Assembly (NCBI GenBank): GCA_016178305.1
Contig: JACOTM010000043.1
Location: 51,139-115,138, forward strand
Origin: Flavobacteriia bacterium
Lineage (GTDB): Bacteria > Bacteroidota > Bacteroidia > Flavobacteriales_D > Crocinitomicaceae
Direction of reading: 5' to 3'
DNA: 64,000 nucleotides
Part shown: positions 57,666 to 64,000 of the stretch, piece by piece
Layout: each line of letters starts with the position of its first letter
How positions within the stretch are numbered: position 1 is the first letter of the stretch
Position numbers and translations under genes: made by a program
The notes under the pieces: generated by a model
Database searches by the model: none
What the model was told of the DNA's origin: nothing
The model's input: only the letters and a program-made list of their open reading frames with translations

Positions 57666-59417
57666 ATGAAGTATATTGTAATATTATTTCTAGGTTTGAT
57701 TTTATTTACAGCTTGTGACAACGGTGGTAAATCTACTTTTGAATTTGCTGGAGGAACGTTTAAAATGGCATTAAATAATGAGCCTTCTACCTACATTCCC
57801 AGAGAGACAAGGGATCTTTATTCTTCAACTGTTTTAAGTCAGGTTATGGAAGGATTGGTTTCATATAACCCCAAAGATTTATCAATTCAACCGCAAATTG
57901 CAAAGTCCTGGAAAATTAGTCCTGATGGATTAATCTATACGTTTACAATTAGAGATAATATTAAATTTCATCCGCATTCTATTTTTAAATCTGAACATGC
58001 ACGTATTTTATCCGTAGATGATGTTGAACATACTTTTGAATTAATTTGTAAAAAAAACCAGGAAGGTCAATTATCTCCAGCTTATTATTTGGCTTTTGAT
58101 GGAAATTTAAAAGGGGTTGATGATTTTATAGAAGGAAAATCTAAAAAAATAAGCGGAATAAATGTTGCTGGAAATACGATTACGATTGAATTAAAAGAAA
58201 GAGACAATAATTTTTTAAGCAAATTAGCAAGCATCACGTGTGCAATTACTTCTAAGAGAATATGTGAATCTAGTTTAGATCAAGATATGATTGGAACGGG
58301 ACCATTTAAATTTCAAGGATATAGAGAAATTAATAAAAATGAAATAGTATTAGCTAAAAATGATGATTATTATTTAGTTGACGAATCTGGAAATCAATTA
58401 CCTTATTTAGATAATATTGTTTTTACAATTGAATCAAAAAAATTAGAGCAACTAGAGATGTTTGAAAAACATGAATTAGATTTTATCGCTGGTTTACCAA
58501 CAAGTCGAATTACAAAAATGTTGGAAGGAAAATTAAATGAATTCAACTCTGTTCCACCTTCATTAATCTTATCCAACAACCCACTTTTAACGACGAATTA
58601 TCTATTTTTTAATTTAACAGATGATAGATTTAAAGACGTTAAAGTTCGCCAAGCTTTTAATTATGCTTTGGATAGAGAAAAATTAGGGAGAGACATTCTT
58701 AAAAATCAATATTATGAATTGGGCTATTATGGAATTGTCCCACCATTGTATGAGGAATTTAGAGGTTATGATTTTAATTCAATCAAACAAAATGGGTATC
58801 ATTTTAATCCAGAAAAAGCAAAACAATTATTAGCAGAAGCTGGATATCCAAATGGTAAAGGATTCGGAACAATAAATTTACGTTTCAATATGGATGAAAT
58901 TCAATCTTCGATTTGTGATGAAGTTTCGATTCAAATTGCTCAAATATTGGGAATAAACATTAACATTGATGGCTCAACGTTTGATAAAAAAGAAAAAGAT
59001 GCAGATTTCGCAAAATCTGAATTGTTTCGATCAGGTTGGGCGGCGGATTATCCTAGTCCTGAATCATTTTTAAGTTTATTTTATGGGAAAACTGTTCCAG
59101 AAAACACCTCTTTTGCATCCAGATTTAATCAATCAAGATATCAAAATGCAAACTTTGATAAACTTTTTGAACTGGGGAAAAAAAGTACCAAAGTTTCAAA
59201 TCAAATGAAATATTTCTCAGAAGCTGAAAAGATATTAATTAAAGACGCACCTTTCATTCCGCTTTGGTATAGAGGTGATTACGAAATTGTTTACTCCAAT
59301 GTTCGAAATTTTCACTTAAATCCACTTAATATTTACAACTTTACCTATGTCTATAAAAAAGAATGGACCAAAGAGGAATATGAGAAAAGTATGAAAGAAA
59401 AAAAAAATTTTAATTAG
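57666..59417 (+). CDS. ABC-transporter substrate-binding protein, family 5 (peptide/nickel type) lipoprotein
   Basis: Lipobox LFTAC and a family-5 SBP-like sequence (FKFH...GTGPFKF...). There are no adjacent permease or ATPase genes. Confidence 0.8.
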   Translation: MKYIVILFLGLILFTACDNGGKSTFEFAGGTFKMALNNEPSTYIPRETRDLYSSTVLSQVMEGLVSYNPKDLSIQPQIAKSWKISPDGLIYTFTIRDNIKFHPHSIFKSEHARILSVDDVEHTFELICKKNQEGQLSPAYYLAFDGNLKGVDDFIEGKSKKISGINVAGNTITIELKERDNNFLSKLASITCAITSKRICESSLDQDMIGTGPFKFQGYREINKNEIVLAKNDDYYLVDESGNQLPYLDNIVFTIESKKLEQLEMFEKHELDFIAGLPTSRITKMLEGKLNEFNSVPPSLILSNNPLLTTNYLFFNLTDDRFKDVKVRQAFNYALDREKLGRDILKNQYYELGYYGIVPPLYEEFRGYDFNSIKQNGYHFNPEKAKQLLAEAGYPNGKGFGTINLRFNMDEIQSSICDEVSIQIAQILGININIDGSTFDKKEKDADFAKSELFRSGWAADYPSPESFLSLFYGKTVPENTSFASRFNQSRYQNANFDKLFELGKKSTKVSNQMKYFSEAEKILIKDAPFIPLWYRGDYEIVYSNVRNFHLNPLNIYNFTYVYKKEWTKEEYEKSMKEKKNFN

Positions 59418-59548
59418 GTCCAAGATTCATTGTACATATTCAAAAGCGTTATACTTATAGCTACTTGCCTCTGGTTTCAGAATTTTTTGAATTCAAATCA
59501 TTATTTTATATTATCTTGGTCGCTTGTATTTATAAAGAAAAGTTTTAG

Positions 59549-61960
59549 ATGAAAGTATTTTTTACATTATTTATTCTCCTTTTAACCCATATTTCTTTTG
59601 CTCAACCCAAACAAACTGTAAGAGGGAAAGTTGTAGATAACGAAACAAATTTTCCTTTGTTGAATGCAAAAGTTGAGATACTTACAAGTGATTCAACGAT
59701 AAAATATAGAACTTTAACAGATATTGAAGGAGATTTTATTTTATCAAATATTCCTGTAGGAAAGCATATATTAGTTGTTTCATTATATTCTCATGAAAGT
59801 AAGCAACAAACAATTGAGGTGATTTCAGGAAAGGAAACAATAGTGCAAATTTCATTAATTGAAACTTATACCGAACAACCAGAAGTTGTGATTTTAGGCA
59901 GAAAAAAAGGAGAAGTAATTAACGAAATGGCTTTGTTATCAGCACAGCAATTTAGTGTAGAGGAAACAAATCGTTATCCTGGTTCTCGTTCCGATCCTGC
60001 GCGTATGGCTTCGAATTTTGCAGGAGTTCAAGGTGCAGATGATTCTAGAAATGACATAATAATTCGTGGAAATTCACCATTAGGTGTTGTGTGGAAAGTT
60101 GAAGGTATTGATATTCCAAATCCCTCACATTTTGCAATTTCTGGAAGTACAGGAGGTCCAGTATCCATTTTAAATAATAAAATTTTAGGGAACTCAGATT
60201 TTTTTATGAGTGCTTTCCCTGCCCAATATGGGAATAGTATTTCGGGTGTTTTTGACCTTAAATTAAGAAATGGTAACAATTTAAATCATGAGTTTACAGG
60301 TCAATTTGGCTTTTTAGGAACAGAATTTTTAGCTGAAGGCCCAATGGGGAAAAATAAAAAGGCGAGTTATTTAGTAATGGGAAGATATTCTACTTTAAGC
60401 TTATTTAAAACTTTAGGTATCAGCATAGGTACAGATGCAGTACCAACATACGGAGATTTTGCCTATAAATTTAACTGGCGGTTAAAAAATGGAGGAAATT
60501 TATCTTTATTTGGTATCGCTGGAGCAAGTAACATCGCAATTCAAATATCTGATCAAAAAACATATTCAAAAGAATTATATGGTGAAGGAGATAGAGATCA
60601 ATATTTTGGTACATCTATGGGGGTGACAGGTTTAGTTTATAAAAAAACGTTAAATGAAAAAACATTTATCACATCAACCATTGCAATAAGTAGAGAAAAA
60701 CAACATGCGAACCATAATTTATTAGTAAGACACTTAGATTCAACGCAGACAAATATAATTGTAGATTCAATTTATCCTTTAATGGGGTATTATTTTACAA
60801 CTATAAAAACTTCAGGATATTTCAGCGTTAATCATAAATTAGACAAGAATCATTTATTAAAATGTGGAATAAATGTGGATGGTTATTTTTTCGACATGTT
60901 AGATTCTGTTTTGGATAATTCACATTTTATTAATCGATGGAATTACAAAGGAACTTCAGTTTTAATACAACCGTTTATTCAATGGAAATGGAGAATGAAG
61001 GAGAATATTGATTTCACTTTTGGACTTCATAATCAATACTTTTCATTAAGTAATTCTTTTAGTCAAATTGAACCACGTGCAGGATGGAAGTTGAGAATGA
61101 AAAAAGACAAAGCTGTTTTTGCTGGACTTGGGATACATAGTCAAACCCAACCAAATTATACCTATTTATACCATTTTCAAGGAACATCAGAATTACACAA
61201 TAAGAAAATGGGATTTAGTCAAAGTTTTCATGCTGGTATTGGGTTTGAAAAAGCGTTTAAAAATAAATTAAACATTCGTTCAGAAGCATATTACCAATAT
61301 TTATACCGTATTCCAGTAACGGTTACTCCTTCTTCTTTTTCTATGATTAATATGGGTAGCGGATTTGCACGTTTTTTCCCAGAACAATTGCAAAATACAG
61401 GTATAGGGTACAATTATGGAGTTGAATTAACATTGCAGAAGTATTTTGACAAATCATTCTTTTTTATGCTTTCTTCCTCTTTATACCAATCAAAATATAG
61501 AGGAAGTGATGGCGTCTTGAGAAACACATCTTATAATGGAAATCATGTTTCAAATATTTTAGCAGGTAAGGAATTTAAACTGAATTCGAAACAATCAATC
61601 ACAATTTCTACAAAAATCACTTATGCAGGAGGGAAACGATATGGATATGTAAATTTAGCAAAATCCGAAGCTCAAAAAGAATTAATATACAGTGATTCAG
61701 CTTTTAATGAAAGACAATTCAAAGAATATTTTAGAATGGATTTAAAAATTAATTGGAAATTGAATGCTAATAAAATGACTCATGAAATAGGGTTAGATTT
61801 AATTAATATTTTTAACACGAAAAATCTTTTAAGTTTGGCTTATGCACCCAATTTAGCTAATCCAAATGCAGAACCAATTTCAGTAAAACAACAATTAGGA
61901 TTTCTCCCACTATTTTATTATCGTATTGATTTTAAAGCTGCTGTTAAGAAAGTTCAATAG
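59549..61960 (+). CDS. TonB-dependent receptor-like outer-membrane protein with N-terminal carboxypeptidase-regulatory-like domain
   Basis: N-terminal VRGKVVDNETNFPLLNAKVEI, then the plug-like region RSDPARMASNFAGVQGADDSRNDIIIRGNSP and a long beta-barrel. Confidence 0.75.
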   Translation: MKVFFTLFILLLTHISFAQPKQTVRGKVVDNETNFPLLNAKVEILTSDSTIKYRTLTDIEGDFILSNIPVGKHILVVSLYSHESKQQTIEVISGKETIVQISLIETYTEQPEVVILGRKKGEVINEMALLSAQQFSVEETNRYPGSRSDPARMASNFAGVQGADDSRNDIIIRGNSPLGVVWKVEGIDIPNPSHFAISGSTGGPVSILNNKILGNSDFFMSAFPAQYGNSISGVFDLKLRNGNNLNHEFTGQFGFLGTEFLAEGPMGKNKKASYLVMGRYSTLSLFKTLGISIGTDAVPTYGDFAYKFNWRLKNGGNLSLFGIAGASNIAIQISDQKTYSKELYGEGDRDQYFGTSMGVTGLVYKKTLNEKTFITSTIAISREKQHANHNLLVRHLDSTQTNIIVDSIYPLMGYYFTTIKTSGYFSVNHKLDKNHLLKCGINVDGYFFDMLDSVLDNSHFINRWNYKGTSVLIQPFIQWKWRMKENIDFTFGLHNQYFSLSNSFSQIEPRAGWKLRMKKDKAVFAGLGIHSQTQPNYTYLYHFQGTSELHNKKMGFSQSFHAGIGFEKAFKNKLNIRSEAYYQYLYRIPVTVTPSSFSMINMGSGFARFFPEQLQNTGIGYNYGVELTLQKYFDKSFFFMLSSSLYQSKYRGSDGVLRNTSYNGNHVSNILAGKEFKLNSKQSITISTKITYAGGKRYGYVNLAKSEAQKELIYSDSAFNERQFKEYFRMDLKINWKLNANKMTHEIGLDLINIFNTKNLLSLAYAPNLANPNAEPISVKQQLGFLPLFYYRIDFKAAVKKVQ

Positions 61961-61996
61961 AAACAAATGCCAGAGTTAACGAATGATCGTTCTAGA

Positions 61997-62869
61997 TTAC
62001 CAACCAGGGCAAGTTCCACATTCATTAACAGCTCTACCATAAAGAAACATTCCTAATGAAATATTGAAAGATGAATAGCTAAAGTTTTGTTTAGAAAAAG
62101 AATAAGCATCTGTTGGTACAGTATTAACTCTATTTTGACCAATATACCCGATACTTAAATTGAATTGAAAAAACAAACGTTCGTAAAATTCCAATCGATT
62201 ACCTATTGATAAAGACACTCCCATACCAGAAATTGAAGTTGTGTTTGAGTTTCTTTGGTTATTAAAAGCAAAAGTATTATTCGAAATAATAGGACCTGTA
62301 CCGATTGCGAAATCAGTTGAAAACGCTACTTTACTTTTATTTTGTAAACGAAACCACTGTGTTGTTCTAGATAGATCTAGCCTTAAATAATTTAAGCCAT
62401 TATTTTCATAATTGATAACAGCCGTATCTATGATATATTCAGCACTTGTAAATTTTTCAATATCATATATACCGGGACCTGTTTGGATGTATCCTTCTTT
62501 AAAAACCCTAGATCGATTTCTTAATAAGTATTTAAATTTATCAAATCCGATTGTTAAAGCCCAATGTTCTTTAAAATAATAGCCAGCCTTAAAGCTATAT
62601 TGAGGGTTTATGACGGGATGAAGACTTAAATAATTTTTGAAATTTAAGGGAGCAGGTTGATCATTTGCAAGGGCATCTTTGTAAGTAATTGTATAGTTCG
62701 ATGCTGTAATTACCAAATCAGTTTTTGAATAATAGGATCTGTTATAACCCCAATATAAAAAATAAGTATTCTTAGCGTAGGATACTTTTTTCTTTTTATA
62801 CTTTTTATATTGTGCATCAACATCAAAAGTTGTAAACAAAAGGGTTAAAAAAATAATATATTTCATCAA
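61997..62869 (-). CDS. Hypothetical outer-membrane beta-barrel-like protein
   Basis: Signal peptide and alternating aromatic-rich strands. The unusual C-terminus is NECGTCPGW. The family is not recognised. Confidence 0.45.
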   Translation of the reverse strand: MMKYIIFLTLLFTTFDVDAQYKKYKKKKVSYAKNTYFLYWGYNRSYYSKTDLVITASNYTITYKDALANDQPAPLNFKNYLSLHPVINPQYSFKAGYYFKEHWALTIGFDKFKYLLRNRSRVFKEGYIQTGPGIYDIEKFTSAEYIIDTAVINYENNGLNYLRLDLSRTTQWFRLQNKSKVAFSTDFAIGTGPIISNNTFAFNNQRNSNTTSISGMGVSLSIGNRLEFYERLFFQFNLSIGYIGQNRVNTVPTDAYSFSKQNFSYSSFNISLGMFLYGRAVNECGTCPGW

Positions 62870-62878
62870 TAAATAGAA

Positions 62879-63826
62879 TTAAGACATTTTTAAAAATGCT
62901 ACTTCTTTTTCAGTAAGATGTCGGTAATGACCTCTTGGTAAATCTTTTTTAGTAAGCCCAGCAAATTGAACGCGATCTAGTTTTACAACGTCATAACCCA
63001 TTGATTCAAATGATCGTCTAACAATTCTGTTTTTTCCTGAATGTAATTCTACGCCAATTTCACGCGGATTATCTTTAACATATTCAGCTTTGTCAAATAC
63101 AATTTTTCCATCTTCTAATTCCAAACCAGCTAATAAACGGTTTACATCTTCTAATTTAACAGGTTTATTTAATTCGACATGATAAATCTTACTGCATTTA
63201 TGTCTTGGATGAGTTAGTTTTTTTGACATATCTCCATCATTTGTAAATAATAGCAAACCTGTTGTTTCTCGGTCTAAGCGTCCTACAGGATAAACTCTTT
63301 CTTTACATGCTTTAGCGACTAAACTCATAACTGTTTTACGTCCCCAAGGATCATCCATTGTAGTAATAAAATCTTTTGGTTTGTTTAGTAAAACATAACG
63401 TTTAGTTTCAGCATTTATTGTTTCACCATCATATCTTACACGGTCTCCAGGTTTTACTTTATATCCTAATTCAAGAATAATTTCGTCATTGACAGAGACA
63501 ACTCCCGTTTGAATTAAAACATCTGCTTCTCTTCTTGAACAAATACCAGCATTTGATAAATATTTATTTAAACGAATATCGGTTGCATTAACATTTGGCA
63601 TAGGATCACCAGTTTTTGCTCTTTTTTTATTATCAATGTATTTTTTACCCTTTTCATTATTTTTTTTAGGAGTTGAAGGTTCTTTACCAATAATTGATTT
63701 AAATTTAAAATCATTTGATTTTTTAGCTGTTTCCTTTTTCTTTTCACCAACTTTTTTGGTAGTTGATTTTGATTTGCTAGTGTTTGATTTGACCTTTTCT
63801 CCTTTTCTTGTGTTCATCTCGAGCAT
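62879..63826 (-). CDS. rluB: Pseudouridine synthase, RsuA/RluB family, with Lys-rich N-terminal extension
   Basis: S4 domain IRLNKYLSNAGICSRREAD and catalytic motif GRLDRETTGLLLFTNDG. The ATG at 63826 or 63817 is more plausible than the TTG at 63841. Confidence 0.85.
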   Translation of the reverse strand: MLEMNTRKGEKVKSNTSKSKSTTKKVGEKKKETAKKSNDFKFKSIIGKEPSTPKKNNEKGKKYIDNKKRAKTGDPMPNVNATDIRLNKYLSNAGICSRREADVLIQTGVVSVNDEIILELGYKVKPGDRVRYDGETINAETKRYVLLNKPKDFITTMDDPWGRKTVMSLVAKACKERVYPVGRLDRETTGLLLFTNDGDMSKKLTHPRHKCSKIYHVELNKPVKLEDVNRLLAGLELEDGKIVFDKAEYVKDNPREIGVELHSGKNRIVRRSFESMGYDVVKLDRVQFAGLTKKDLPRGHYRHLTEKEVAFLKMS

Positions 63827-63866
63827 AATTAATTTACACAAAGATAGTTTAAATTCATAATTTTTG

Positions 63867-63888
63867 AAATTTTAATCGAATTCAGCTT
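63867..63888. repeat. Intergenic repeat motif, copy 3 (inverted orientation)
   Basis: aaattttaatcgaattcagctt is the exact reverse complement of 38932-38953. Confidence 0.6.
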
Positions 63889-64000
63889 CAGAGCAAACAT
63901 TTACATTTTCAACAGCTAAAAGCATCGATTATATGTTCAATGTTTGTGTAGTGATTATTATGGACAATTGAAATAATGTCAAATCGCGTATTTTTATTAA

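Overview
The window is chromosomal DNA from an AT-rich Bacteroidota organism that looks like a Flavobacteriia member. The evidence is T9SS type A and type B C-terminal sorting domains, a PorP/SprF gene, SprB-type repeat proteins, TTTG/TAnnTTTG promoter boxes and LytTR two-component systems. Most of it is ordinary core genome: polA, leuS, hemA-hemC-hemD, rseP, holB, an M1 aminopeptidase, rluB, methylmalonyl-CoA epimerase, surface proteins and regulators.

The exception is 5.5-17.2 kb. It holds a very AT-rich, tightly translationally coupled five-gene operon (6563-15778). The genes encode a Dcm-type C5 cytosine methyltransferase, a MORC-like GHKL ATPase, a 1023-aa Z1-domain SF2/P-loop ATPase, a PD-(D/E)XK-motif protein and an 800-aa AIPR-family protein. 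An ORF6N DNA-binding gene precedes the operon, with the 3' scar of a second ORF6N copy just upstream of it. An AAA_14/DUF4143 ATPase gene follows the operon. Next to it, on the other strand, is a J-domain protein + SWIM-SNF2 helicase pair.

I consider the five-gene operon the best candidate for a poorly understood multi-component methylation-linked defence system. As far as I recall, this neighbourhood has been predicted by comparative genomics but its mechanism has not been worked out experimentally.

Secondary observations:
- a 14-bp perfect GC-rich palindrome sitting in-frame inside leuS
- a repeat adhesin gene separated from its signal peptide by a frameshift
- near-identical 3' ends on tandem T9SS paralogues
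- a 22-nt exact repeat/hairpin motif at three intergenic sites
- an in-frame stop codon inside a lipoprotein signal peptide

All family assignments come from motif recognition by eye. No database search was run.
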